From IMG/VR virus record IMGVR_UViG_3300033121_002300, positions 1 to 64,000 of that record: 64,000 nt of DNA. One strand, written 5' to 3'. The number at the start of each line of letters is the position of its first letter. Position 1 is the first letter of the stretch. A program made the translations under genes and the position numbers. This document shows positions 18,907-28,119 of this stretch, in pieces. Below the pieces are notes generated by a model that worked only from the letters and a program-made list of their open reading frames with translations, had not been told where the DNA came from and did not search any database. The stretch is from a virus. Lineage: Duplodnaviria; Caudoviricetes.

Positions 18907-19662
18907 TTGAAAGAAGTAACGGAATTGGATTTATTCAAATTGACAGAAGTATTTCCACCTAAGTGGAGAATACAGAGTTTCGATAAATACGAGAATAAAG
19001 CAAGATGTGTTGCTTATTTCAAAAAAGAAACAGCTGAAGATATTCTTAATAACAATATAGGGAGAGGTAACTGGCAAAGAAAACACTCTTCTTTCATATA
19101 TGAGAAAGACAAATCAATTGTTTCATGTAGCATTGGAATAAAAATAAAAGGAGAGTGGATTTGGAGAGAAGATGCTGGAGACTCTGGCCAACGAGAAGAG
19201 CTTGAAGAGAAATCTCTCATGACAAACTCATTTAAAAGAGCAGCATCAGCTTGGGGAATCGGTGATTTTTTGTATAAATTAGGATTCCCTACCATTGACA
19301 CTAATAAGGTTTTACCAGAGCAGGTAACAAAAACAAACCCAAAACCGCATCCGGTAGATGAGAAAGGCGAAAAAATACCGGACTGGAATTTTTCTGATTA
19401 TTTAAATGAAACATCTTCAATAAAAAAAAAATTAGAAAAATTAAAAAATGAATACCAAGAAGCTTTATTTAAATTAGGGGACAAAGATTGGAAGAATATT
19501 TTAATAGATATGGCAATAAAAGATGTTTTAAACTCATCCAATTTAGATGAACTAAGGATAGTGCGTGAAAAATTTATATGCCTAGAAAAACCCAAAGTAG
19601 CAGAATATATAAAAGTCCTTAAAGAAAGAAAAGAACATTTGGAGAAAGTTGAAAATGAATAA
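18907..19662 (+). CDS. Sak/Rad52-Rad22 family single-strand annealing protein
   Basis: KWRIQ..CVAY...ILNN.IG..NWQ..VSCSIGI..EWIWREDAG..EK..TNSFKRAASAWGIG.FLY. Confidence 0.85.
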   Translation: MKEVTELDLFKLTEVFPPKWRIQSFDKYENKARCVAYFKKETAEDILNNNIGRGNWQRKHSSFIYEKDKSIVSCSIGIKIKGEWIWREDAGDSGQREELEEKSLMTNSFKRAASAWGIGDFLYKLGFPTIDTNKVLPEQVTKTNPKPHPVDEKGEKIPDWNFSDYLNETSSIKKKLEKLKNEYQEALFKLGDKDWKNILIDMAIKDVLNSSNLDELRIVREKFICLEKPKVAEYIKVLKERKEHLEKVENE

Positions 19663-19963
19663 AATAAAAAAGAAATTAATAGCATACTTTTTAGATCATG
19701 AGCCTAAATATATCTCAGAAATAGAAAGATACCTTTTTGAATCAATGAAAAACAAGAAGTGCACTCATATTGTTTTATCAATATTCCCACCAGAAAGCAT
19801 GAGATTATATTCATCTATTTTTGTATATAAAAGTGATGATGTGAGTAAAAAACTCAAGGAATATGATTACTCACTTAAAACGAATACTAATGAAAAAGCC
19901 AGAATATTTTTAATTGATATGGAAAAAGAATTAGTGAAAGAAATTATAAATAGTATAGCTTAA
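19649..19963 (+). CDS. hypothetical protein
   Basis: 104 aa ORF. Confidence 0.55.
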   Translation: MKMNKIKKKLIAYFLDHEPKYISEIERYLFESMKNKKCTHIVLSIFPPESMRLYSSIFVYKSDDVSKKLKEYDYSLKTNTNEKARIFLIDMEKELVKEIINSIA

Positions 19964-19974
19964 TATGAGGTAAA

Positions 19975-20469
19975 ATGGAAATAATTGGAACGTCTTTAAT
20001 AAATAATGTAAGCCTTATTAAGTACGAACCCAAAAATGGTATCCATGTTTTTTTAATAAAAAAAAATGAGGATGAAATAATAAACATAAAAGAAAATCAG
20101 TACAATGCATTTGAATGGGATTGGAGGAATGATTTTTTAGACAAAGATATAATCACTTTATATATGGGAGATAAATTAATAATTTCCGCAGAAACATTTG
20201 ATGATTATTTTCATTTCATTCAAAATCCATTGCATTATATTCCGGAAGGAATTAAAGTTGAAGTTGATTCTTTTTCTTTGAAAAAATTCCTCAGAAAAAA
20301 AATAACAAAAGCTCAACATTGTTGGTTTTATGTTTCAAAAAATGAAAATTATGTTAAATTAAATCTATGGTATAGAGAACAAAAAAGGTTGCAAGAATTA
20401 AGCATATCAGAATTACTTGATGAACTTATAAAAAAAAGACATTTATTAGAGTTAAAAGAAGGAGAATAA
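19975..20469 (+). CDS. hypothetical protein
   Basis: GAGG RBS; 164 aa. Confidence 0.6.
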   Translation: MEIIGTSLINNVSLIKYEPKNGIHVFLIKKNEDEIINIKENQYNAFEWDWRNDFLDKDIITLYMGDKLIISAETFDDYFHFIQNPLHYIPEGIKVEVDSFSLKKFLRKKITKAQHCWFYVSKNENYVKLNLWYREQKRLQELSISELLDELIKKRHLLELKEGE

Positions 20470-20470
20470 A

Positions 20471-20824
20471 GTGGAATTAGAAAAAATAAGAAAATTATTA
20501 TTTTCTGTAATGATATTTTCTCTTATATCAATAATTACAATCCTAGTTGGATTAACCTACATATCTAGTAAAAATTCAGCTGGACCTTATGATATAAATA
20601 AAGATGGGAAGCTTGATGGTAAAGACTGGCTCTTGCTAGGCACCAACCAAAAAGTTGAAATAATAAGAGCATCTTATATCCATCAAAATGTCCCTTTTAC
20701 AGACGGGACAGTATATTCCGGTATATACGAGATGGATATTTATTATGGAAAGGAAAAAGGTGAAAACGAACTTGCTCAAATGTTGTTAATATTGTGTAAA
20801 TTAGTAAGGGAAAATAAAATATAG
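20471..20824 (+). CDS. membrane-anchored protein with an EF-hand/dockerin-like loop
   Basis: N-terminal TM helix, then YDINKDGKLDGKDW (DxNxDGxxDxxD). Confidence 0.55.
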   Translation: MELEKIRKLLFSVMIFSLISIITILVGLTYISSKNSAGPYDINKDGKLDGKDWLLLGTNQKVEIIRASYIHQNVPFTDGTVYSGIYEMDIYYGKEKGENELAQMLLILCKLVRENKI

Positions 20825-20843
20825 TCCCTAAAAAGGATGAAAT

Positions 20844-21263
20844 ATGAAAAAAATCATAATAATGTTGCCAATTGTTTTATCTTGTTCAATAGCAAAAGCG
20901 GAAACGGCAACGTTTTATCATGACTGGTTTATTGGAAGAAATATGGCTAATGGTAAAAAATTTTATCAATACAAAACCAAAAACCAGAAATATGAGTATG
21001 CAGCCCATATGTCTTTACCGCTTGGTACTATAGTTGAAGTATCAAGGGGGTATAGGAAAATAAGGGTGAAAATTTCTGACAGAGGCAACTTTGATAGAAA
21101 CAACTTTGATTTATCAAAGGGGGCTTTTGCTAAATTAGCTCCATTATCAAATGGAGTGATTAATGTTAAAATAAAGGTAATATATAAACCACAAAAAACA
21201 CACAGGAGGAAACATGAATCAAAAAACAATCTATTTAGGAGCTTACCTAGAAGTAGTAGATAA
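20844..21263 (+). CDS. rlpA: RlpA-like lytic transglycosylase (DPBB domain)
   Basis: Signal peptide; ATFY..GRNMANG..AAHMSLPLGT.V.V..VKISDRG..DLSKGAFAKL..GVINVKI; no SPOR domain. Confidence 0.85.
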   Translation: MKKIIIMLPIVLSCSIAKAETATFYHDWFIGRNMANGKKFYQYKTKNQKYEYAAHMSLPLGTIVEVSRGYRKIRVKISDRGNFDRNNFDLSKGAFAKLAPLSNGVINVKIKVIYKPQKTHRRKHESKNNLFRSLPRSSR

Positions 21264-21552
21264 TCAAGAGTTCGCTTTCGATGTTTATGAAATAAATGAA
21301 AGTTTATCCAAACATGATCAATGTTCAATTCAAAAAGAAAACAAGATTTTCTGGCTACCAAATACCTCGTCAGAGGGTATAGTTATTTTCGACCATCCCA
21401 AATCAGAACAAGTTGAAATAGAAATAACCCCGGAACAAATAGAGAGATCAATCAGAAATTTCTCGTTAGCATTTTCTGATGCAATTGATAAGCTGAAGGA
21501 CTTTTATGGAGGAGGAACAGTTAAATTCGGCTACGTTACAGGTTGGAAATAA
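21214..21552 (+). CDS. hypothetical protein
   Basis: 112 aa; AGGAGG RBS; C-terminal VKFGYVTGWK. Confidence 0.65.
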   Translation: MNQKTIYLGAYLEVVDNQEFAFDVYEINESLSKHDQCSIQKENKIFWLPNTSSEGIVIFDHPKSEQVEIEITPEQIERSIRNFSLAFSDAIDKLKDFYGGGTVKFGYVTGWK

Positions 21553-22133
21553 TGAGATTAATAAATGAATTAGCCGATAAACTATCGAACTGGCCAGGAA
21601 TAGGAGATAAAAAAGCAAGGAGACTTGCTTATTTTTTAATAAAACAACCTGAAAGATATACAGATGATTTTGCTCAAATGCTTTTATCTTTAAAAGAGAA
21701 AGTAAAAACATGTTCAATATGTTTTAATTATTCTCTAAACCCTATATGTGAAATATGTAACAATCCTCAAAGAGACAAAAGTATAATATGTGTTGTATCT
21801 GATCCTAAGGATATTGAGCATTTAGAATTAACTAAAGTTTTTAAGGGAACTTATCATGTTCTTCATGGATATATCTCAATAGGAGAAGGAATAACCCCTA
21901 AACATATAAAGTTGATTGAGTTGTTAAAAAGAATGCAGGAAATTGACGTTTCAGAGTTAATATTAGCATTTGACGATTCAAGTCAAGCTCAAGATACAAC
22001 AAACTACATCAAAACCATCTTGCCTGATTACAAAATAACCAAACCGGCAACCGGTTTATCTATAGGGACAGAGCTTGATTATGCGGATGAGAAAACACTG
22101 TCTCAGAGCATTAAACAAAGAACAGAAATATAA
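21552..22133 (+). CDS. recR: recombination mediator RecR
   Basis: HhH WPGIGDKKARRLAY, CxxC-x8-CxxC zinc finger, ICVV..PKD, YHVLHG, Toprim C-terminus (G.SIG.ELDYADE.TL). Confidence 0.9.
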   Translation: MRLINELADKLSNWPGIGDKKARRLAYFLIKQPERYTDDFAQMLLSLKEKVKTCSICFNYSLNPICEICNNPQRDKSIICVVSDPKDIEHLELTKVFKGTYHVLHGYISIGEGITPKHIKLIELLKRMQEIDVSELILAFDDSSQAQDTTNYIKTILPDYKITKPATGLSIGTELDYADEKTLSQSIKQRTEI

Positions 22134-22159
22134 TTTTAAATTTTTAAAAGGAAAAAAAT

Positions 22160-23257
22160 ATGCTTACTAATGATGAAATCATAAAAAACAAAGAAAGAAT
22201 TCAAGAATATTTTAATCAAAAAACTTTTATAAATAATAGAGGTGAAGTATCCAATGTTCAAATTAAACTACCTTTTTATGAACTTGAACTTATTGATTAC
22301 ATAAATGAAACTATAAAAGTAAATAAACCGGATATTTATAATGAAATAATTCAATGGTTAAAACAGCCTTTAATAAAAACATCATCCGAGGTAACACCTC
22401 AGGTCTCAAAACCAGCTTTTAAATTATTTGAAGTTGATGAATTTAATGAAATAAAAGAAGTGGATATTTATAAAAAACCTGAGGAATCAAAGTTAAAGAT
22501 AAATATACCTGAAGCTCAAATAATAAACACAAAACCAGAAATAAAAGAACAAGCAAGCAATCTTTCTAATGTCATCAACAATGCTATGGACGAAGTATTA
22601 GATAGTGTCAATCCCGATCAATTTAAACCATTAGAAGAAAAAATAGATTTAGACTTCAGCATGGATGCCTTCAATGATTTAAATATTGGTATTAAATCTG
22701 GCTTAATTCCAATTAAATCCCCTCCACTCTTAACGGTATTAAATAATACTCATATTAAATTTCGATACCTTAACTGTCATGGCGTAAGTTTTAAACCAGT
22801 AAAGGCTCATGGCAATAAAGACACCGGCTATGATTGCTTTGCTTTTATTGTTGACGAAAAAGGAGAGCCTTATTTTAAAACAATAAGACCGAGAAGCAGA
22901 GAACTTATTAAATTAGGGTTCAGTCATTCTCTCGATAATGAGGTTTATGAATTTTATTCGAACGGAAAAATAATCAGACAAACACTTGCCGCTCAACTAA
23001 GACCCAGATCTGGTTTAGCATCAAAAGGTATAAAAACTGAATTCGGGACACTTGATCCTATCTGGGACAATCAATCAATGGCAATCATGGTTAATGATAC
23101 AGATCAAGCTGTAACAATAAAGTTCGGAGATAAAATTTGCCAGCTATGCATTGAGTGGGTTCCAATTCTTGATGAAGAATGGGAAGAGTTTTCCGGAACA
23201 GATGATAGTGTATTAAATCTAAACGGCAGAGGAGGATTTGGAAGCACGGGAACTTAA
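22160..23257 (+). CDS. dut: trimeric dUTPase with a long N-terminal extension
   Basis: TGYDC, RPRSGLA, GTLD, GDKICQL and RGGFGSTG in the C-terminal half. Confidence 0.85.
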   Translation: MLTNDEIIKNKERIQEYFNQKTFINNRGEVSNVQIKLPFYELELIDYINETIKVNKPDIYNEIIQWLKQPLIKTSSEVTPQVSKPAFKLFEVDEFNEIKEVDIYKKPEESKLKINIPEAQIINTKPEIKEQASNLSNVINNAMDEVLDSVNPDQFKPLEEKIDLDFSMDAFNDLNIGIKSGLIPIKSPPLLTVLNNTHIKFRYLNCHGVSFKPVKAHGNKDTGYDCFAFIVDEKGEPYFKTIRPRSRELIKLGFSHSLDNEVYEFYSNGKIIRQTLAAQLRPRSGLASKGIKTEFGTLDPIWDNQSMAIMVNDTDQAVTIKFGDKICQLCIEWVPILDEEWEEFSGTDDSVLNLNGRGGFGSTGT

Positions 23258-23274
23258 ATGTTAAAAGGAGGAAC

Positions 23275-23775
23275 ATGGTATTTTTAATTTATTGTTTTTT
23301 ATTACCTTTATTGGTTGGAATTATTTGCCTTAAGCTCAGAGAATTAAATTACGAAGAGATCGCTGAATTTTGGATGCTTAGTTTATTTGCTGAGTTAGGT
23401 ATAACTATATATTACAACGCAAGAGATCCGTATTTACCTATCATTGTAATGTATCAAATGACAATGCTCATTCCGTTTGTCTTCATCGCATTGTTTTTAC
23501 TTAATATTCACAGGATTCCTTCATACATGAAGAATACAGATATTAAATGGGAAGGTTCTAAATATAGAAGTATAATATTTTGGTTCCTGAGAGTACTAGA
23601 ACAAATAGGAGAATTAACAGAGGAAGAAAAACAAGATATAGAAAAACAAGAAAAAATAAAACAAGATAAATTTAATTCCGAAATAGAACTTGAACAAGAA
23701 TTTAAAACCGAAAAAGAATTTATTGAAAGTAATGAAAGATATCTTAATGCTTGGAAGAATATATTTTTTAAATAA
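23275..23775 (+). CDS. multi-pass membrane protein
   Basis: Three hydrophobic helices, then a charged tail; AGGAGG RBS. Confidence 0.65.
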   Translation: MVFLIYCFLLPLLVGIICLKLRELNYEEIAEFWMLSLFAELGITIYYNARDPYLPIIVMYQMTMLIPFVFIALFLLNIHRIPSYMKNTDIKWEGSKYRSIIFWFLRVLEQIGELTEEEKQDIEKQEKIKQDKFNSEIELEQEFKTEKEFIESNERYLNAWKNIFFK

Positions 23776-23786
23776 AGGAAAAAAAG

Positions 23787-24056
23787 ATGAAAGGTACAAA
23801 TATACTGTCAGCATATTTACCATTAATGATGGGAGCATTTAGCACCAGACCAATTAAATCTGTTAATAATAAGAATAGTTATGAGCATCATTTATCTAAT
23901 GAAACAGTTGATAAAATAAATGAAAATCTTCAAAAGGCAGAAAAGAAGGAAAAAGAAAAAAGACAGAGAAAGATGGAAAAAAGATTAAGAGATTCACGCT
24001 CTCAATCTGATTCTAAAAAGAAAAATAAATCTAAAAATAAAATATGGCTTGGTTAA
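23787..24056 (+). CDS. hypothetical basic protein
   Basis: 89 aa, K/R-rich. Confidence 0.55.
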   Translation: MKGTNILSAYLPLMMGAFSTRPIKSVNNKNSYEHHLSNETVDKINENLQKAEKKEKEKRQRKMEKRLRDSRSQSDSKKKNKSKNKIWLG

Positions 24057-24369
24057 AGGAATGCCAATATTTTACTTTTTAATCAAACTTGAGATACGAC
24101 ATGGTGAATATAGCTTTGAAGCAATATCCTTGCATACAGGCTCCTCAAATACAAACATTTATGCATTTGCAAGAAAATATGCATCTGAGTTTTATGGAGC
24201 AGCAGATGAGTATCTGGTTTCAAAAGATGATTATTTAAAACCTATAGATAACATTTCCTTCTCTTTAACTGATTATTTTTATTTTCATTGCGGGGAAATC
24301 GCAGTTAAAGTAAAAGAAGTAAAATATATAACTGAAGATGAATACAAAATACTAAATAAATATATTTAA
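24049..24369 (+). CDS. hypothetical protein
   Basis: 106 aa ORF. Confidence 0.55.
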   Translation: MVKGMPIFYFLIKLEIRHGEYSFEAISLHTGSSNTNIYAFARKYASEFYGAADEYLVSKDDYLKPIDNISFSLTDYFYFHCGEIAVKVKEVKYITEDEYKILNKYI

Positions 24370-24453
24370 TATTCCATGTAAATCTCACAAAAGTTAATTC
24401 ATATAATTTTCTCGGCATAAGTATTTAGAGAATATTTTTAAGAGGAAAAAAAT

Positions 24454-24609
24454 ATGAAAAAAAGGCTTAGAAAGCCTGGGGTCTTGTATATTAATTTTTT
24501 GGGTGAACCCCACACCCTAAAAGAATTACTGCAAAAAACACTAGGAGCTTTAATGCTCTTATTGTTTTTTGCGGTATTTTATATCCTGCTTTTCATAATA
24601 GCAGGATAA
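24454..24609 (+). CDS. 51 aa single-TM protein, not in ORF track
   Basis: GAGG RBS; MKKRLRKPGVLYINFLGEPHTLKELLQKTLGALMLLLFFAVFYILLFIIAG; flanked by the promoter motif and a terminator. Confidence 0.65.
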   Translation: MKKRLRKPGVLYINFLGEPHTLKELLQKTLGALMLLLFFAVFYILLFIIAG

Positions 24610-24619
24610 ATTCTCCTTT

Positions 24620-24653
24620 GAGGCCTTTGGTCTCTTTTTTTTAGCTTATTCAA
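24620..24653 (+). terminator. intrinsic terminator, repeat copy 1
   Basis: GAGGCC-ttt-GGTCTC, then T8, then AGCTTATTCAA. Confidence 0.7.
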
Positions 24654-24755
24654 AAATGGTGAAAAACGGTGAAACCATATCAATTTGTATCATTTTTCTG
24701 GTATAAGTACTTAAGAATAATGTCAGGTTCAAGACGTTAAAACCAGGAGAAAAAA

Positions 24756-25001
24756 ATGTTAGGAAAATTTATAAATTCGTATGGTTGCCAAGTGCACCAT
24801 TATGGTTATAACAATATAACAGAATGTACATGCATCAAGCCATGCATGTACCACGACCTAAAAACCTCGGAAGATTATGATGACTGCAACTGTAGTTCAC
24901 AAAAGTGCAACTGTAGAACCTGCTCCTGTAGGACGTATTTCGCCTCAGAGGATGAGGTAAGTACAAAGGCTATGAGGGAAGACTTTGTGGAATGGGTATA
25001 A
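24756..25001 (+). CDS. Cys-rich small protein (10 Cys, CxC motifs)
   Basis: AGGAG RBS; ECTC, DCNC, KCNC, TCSC. Confidence 0.65.
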   Translation: MLGKFINSYGCQVHHYGYNNITECTCIKPCMYHDLKTSEDYDDCNCSSQKCNCRTCSCRTYFASEDEVSTKAMREDFVEWV

Positions 25002-25011
25002 CCTATTCCAT

Positions 25012-25046
25012 AAGAGGTCTTTCCTCTTTTTTTTTAGCTTATTCAA
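25012..25046 (+). terminator. intrinsic terminator, repeat copy 2
   Basis: AGAGG-tcttt-CCTCT, then a T-run, then AGCTTATTCAA (same tail as 24632-24653). Confidence 0.7.
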
Positions 25047-25098
25047 GTTTAATAAGTTCTTATTTAAGGCGATTGAATAGATAGAAAATTATCCTGAA

Positions 25099-25713
25099 TT
25101 ATCTTACTAAAATCCTATCTAATTCTTTGTTTATTAACTTCTTATCAATTAATGCAGTAAAGCAATCAGCGGTTGCTCTTACATCATTTATAGCTCTATG
25201 AGCTCCAGGAAAATCTTGTGAAAATAAATATTGATATAATTCTTTTAATGAAGGATTCTTAAATCCAGATCCAATTTTCTTTCTGGTTCTGCAGACATCC
25301 TTAGTTAGTTCCATTGTACACAAACCGGTTAATTCATTTAAAACATTAGCATCAAAAGGTCTATTTAATCGGCGAAACTCCCATTCAACAATAGGCAGAT
25401 CAAACTTTAAATTGTGAGCAACTATAAATTTGCAATGCTTCATATCATTATAGAAAATATCCATAACATCAGAAAGCTCTTCTCCGTTTAATGAAGCATA
25501 CTCAGTAGTTAATCCATGTATACTAGATGCCCCTTCAGGAATTGAAAATCCATTTGGTTTAATTATATAACTTTTAAGTGTTTTTTCCTGAAAATTTTCA
25601 TCAAGAACAACCCAAGCCAATTCAACTATTCTTGGCTGAATTTCATCTTCGGATATATTTGCAGATTTACTTTTAGGTAAACCGGTTGTTTCAGTGTCAA
25701 TTATTAAGTACAT
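25099..25713 (-). CDS. DEDDh 3'-5' exonuclease (DnaQ-like)
   Basis: IIDTETTGLP, IHG, AHNLKFD, AHRAINDV. Confidence 0.9.
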   Translation of the reverse strand: MYLIIDTETTGLPKSKSANISEDEIQPRIVELAWVVLDENFQEKTLKSYIIKPNGFSIPEGASSIHGLTTEYASLNGEELSDVMDIFYNDMKHCKFIVAHNLKFDLPIVEWEFRRLNRPFDANVLNELTGLCTMELTKDVCRTRKKIGSGFKNPSLKELYQYLFSQDFPGAHRAINDVRATADCFTALIDKKLINKELDRILVR

Positions 25714-25715
25714 GT

Positions 25716-26348
25716 TTACCTCAATAGTTCTACAAAAATAAATTTTCTTTTATCCGATTTTAAATCCTGAAAGTATTTAATTGTATTTGATTTCACACTG
25801 TTATAATAGTGACCTATATCCCATCGCTCAGCTTTGTACCCATCTTCCTTTGCATACATTGCATGATCTGCTATAACATCAATGTTAATTGAGCCAGGTA
25901 TTACTTTACCTAAATGCATTTTAGGTAAGGTTATTTTATTCACAGGGGAAATATTTTTCCAAGCACATATTTCAGCGGCTAATATAGCCATTGTATCCAA
26001 CATATTATTTGTGGGTTTTAAATAATTAGGAGGCTTTCCTGACATACTACATAGAGTTATGCCAATGGAACCTGAATTTCTTCCCCAGAGGTGTTGACCT
26101 TTTTCTGTCCATTTTAATGTTTTAATAACATAAACTTTTCCATTAATATCAGATATATTAAAATGATAATCATCATAAATATCATTTAAAGAATCCGCTG
26201 TCCAGTGAAAGATTATTTTATTAGGTGAACCTGGATTTTCTTTTCTTTGAGAATTAGGTCTATGAAAATCGAAATTAACTCCTTCAATTTTACATATTCC
26301 AGACGGTAAAGAGGTTACATCCTCTTGAATAAATTTAATCAATTTCAT
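25716..26348 (-). CDS. N-acetylmuramoyl-L-alanine amidase (Amidase_2-like endolysin)
   Basis: IIFHWTA, YHFNI, HLWGRNSGSIGI, DH...RWD zinc-amidase motifs. Confidence 0.75.
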   Translation of the reverse strand: MKLIKFIQEDVTSLPSGICKIEGVNFDFHRPNSQRKENPGSPNKIIFHWTADSLNDIYDDYHFNISDINGKVYVIKTLKWTEKGQHLWGRNSGSIGITLCSMSGKPPNYLKPTNNMLDTMAILAAEICAWKNISPVNKITLPKMHLGKVIPGSINIDVIADHAMYAKEDGYKAERWDIGHYYNSVKSNTIKYFQDLKSDKRKFIFVELLR

Positions 26349-27012
26349 CTACCTCCATTTCTTCCAAATTATTTGGGGTTAAAACTAATACTACTTTAGT
26401 TATATTTCCCTGAAAAAAAGATTTACAATTATCACCTGTAACAATTTCAACTCCAATAAAAGGGCCTCCGTAATGAATTTCTTCTACTATATCAGACTCA
26501 TCAAATTCCTCTTCATTTACTTTGTTGTCAGTGGAGTTATTATTAATGTTATCAGTTAATAAATCTTTTGACAATTGAATAAAACCTTGAGATATAAATT
26601 TTCTATCAGCAAAAGGTATTACTTGTTGAGATACATTTAAGGTATTATCAAGTGATTTAGGCGTTTCTTTTAATCCTTTAATCATATTTTGTTTAAGTAT
26701 TTTTGAATTAATTAAAGTTGAATCAAGCTCATTATCAATAATTTCCTGTCTTTTATCTGATGCTGTGAATTTTTGAGTTAACCCTAATCTTTTATCAATT
26801 TCTTTTAAGTTTTTTGGCTTATTTAATTCATGTAAAGTCTCCATTGCTATTATTTGGCAAGTAAAGACACCTAAAACCGTAGTTAAAAAGGATTCGTTTC
26901 TGTTTAACTCATTAAACTTATAATCTATGAAACACTTTTTAGTTGCCCTGTTATAAATGACTGCACATAAACATTCTGAATTATTATTTTTCTTGGAATA
27001 ATTATTATGCAT
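26335..27012 (-). CDS. hypothetical protein
   Basis: 225 aa, first gene of a short minus-strand operon. Confidence 0.55.
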   Translation of the reverse strand: MHNNYSKKNNNSECLCAVIYNRATKKCFIDYKFNELNRNESFLTTVLGVFTCQIIAMETLHELNKPKNLKEIDKRLGLTQKFTASDKRQEIIDNELDSTLINSKILKQNMIKGLKETPKSLDNTLNVSQQVIPFADRKFISQGFIQLSKDLLTDNINNNSTDNKVNEEEFDESDIVEEIHYGGPFIGVEIVTGDNCKSFFQGNITKVVLVLTPNNLEEMEVDEID

Positions 27013-27102
27013 TGAAATCTCCTTCTGGTTGATTGAAACTGTTATTTAAATTATAATAGATGTAGTTGATTTAAGGTATACCTAAAAAGGAAAAAAATAT
27101 CA

Positions 27103-28119
27103 ATGTTATCTAATTCTATTTTAGACATCTCAGATGATAACCAGAAAGCTATATTGAAAATAATAGAGAAAGAGACCGAGATTCCGGTGTTTGTCAAAAC
27201 AGCTTCAGTAACTGAGGAAAAAAAAGTTTATGCCATTCCTGAGATGAAAAAATTTGCATGTGACACTCCTTCAGATATATGGTTAAGTTATCAATATCTA
27301 AAGAAAACAGCTTCAAATTTAAAACCTTATGTAGCTGATGTTGCTATGAGAAATATAATGAAATACGCTAATTGGATGGGTGTAAATCTCAATTCAAGGG
27401 AGAAAAATATTGAATTAAAAGAAGAATATGAAATAGATAAAAATGATTTTGCACTAAGGATTCCTAAGAATGAACTTTCTGAAGAATTTTTATCTAAAAA
27501 TGCCAGTTACATTTATGGAAACGATTTAGTTTTATATCCCTTAAATAATAAGGAAAATATTAAAAAAGCTAATATGAATTTCCCAAAAGGATTAGATGGA
27601 GATTTAGAAGGCTTTCGCCCTATGGTAGCAACCGGAATATCAGAAAAACTCCCGAAAGATGAATTATCAAGTCAGGTTAAATCCTATTTACCTATTCCAA
27701 AATCAGCCGCTATTAATCAAATTGAATATAGAGAAAATAAATTCCCATTATGGAAGGATGACTACAACAGGGTCAAAAAAATGATTCAAGAAGAAAATCC
27801 TAATATAATTAAAGCTGCAAGTGAGTTAGAAAAAATAGATGATAAAGTTGGAGCATCTGTTTTATATGGTGATAATTTTTTATCACCTTTAAGATATTTA
27901 CAAGGGATATATGACGACACTGATTATTCATATAAAAAGGTAAAACTTGCTTCAAAGGAAATATTTTTTAGGGACTTACTATCCAAGAAAGCTGAATTAA
28001 TTGATTCAATTCCTGAAACATCAGATGATGACTTCAAATCTCCTGCTACTTTTAATCAATATTATTCACAAAAACCTGAATACTTAAAACAAGCAATCGG
28101 AGTTATATTAAATGGATGA
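27103..28119 (+). CDS. putative head-assembly protein with K-x-A motifs
   Basis: VKTAS, KKTAS, VKLAS, IKAAS; two genes upstream of the portal candidate. Confidence 0.55.
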   Translation: MLSNSILDISDDNQKAILKIIEKETEIPVFVKTASVTEEKKVYAIPEMKKFACDTPSDIWLSYQYLKKTASNLKPYVADVAMRNIMKYANWMGVNLNSREKNIELKEEYEIDKNDFALRIPKNELSEEFLSKNASYIYGNDLVLYPLNNKENIKKANMNFPKGLDGDLEGFRPMVATGISEKLPKDELSSQVKSYLPIPKSAAINQIEYRENKFPLWKDDYNRVKKMIQEENPNIIKAASELEKIDDKVGASVLYGDNFLSPLRYLQGIYDDTDYSYKKVKLASKEIFFRDLLSKKAELIDSIPETSDDDFKSPATFNQYYSQKPEYLKQAIGVILNG

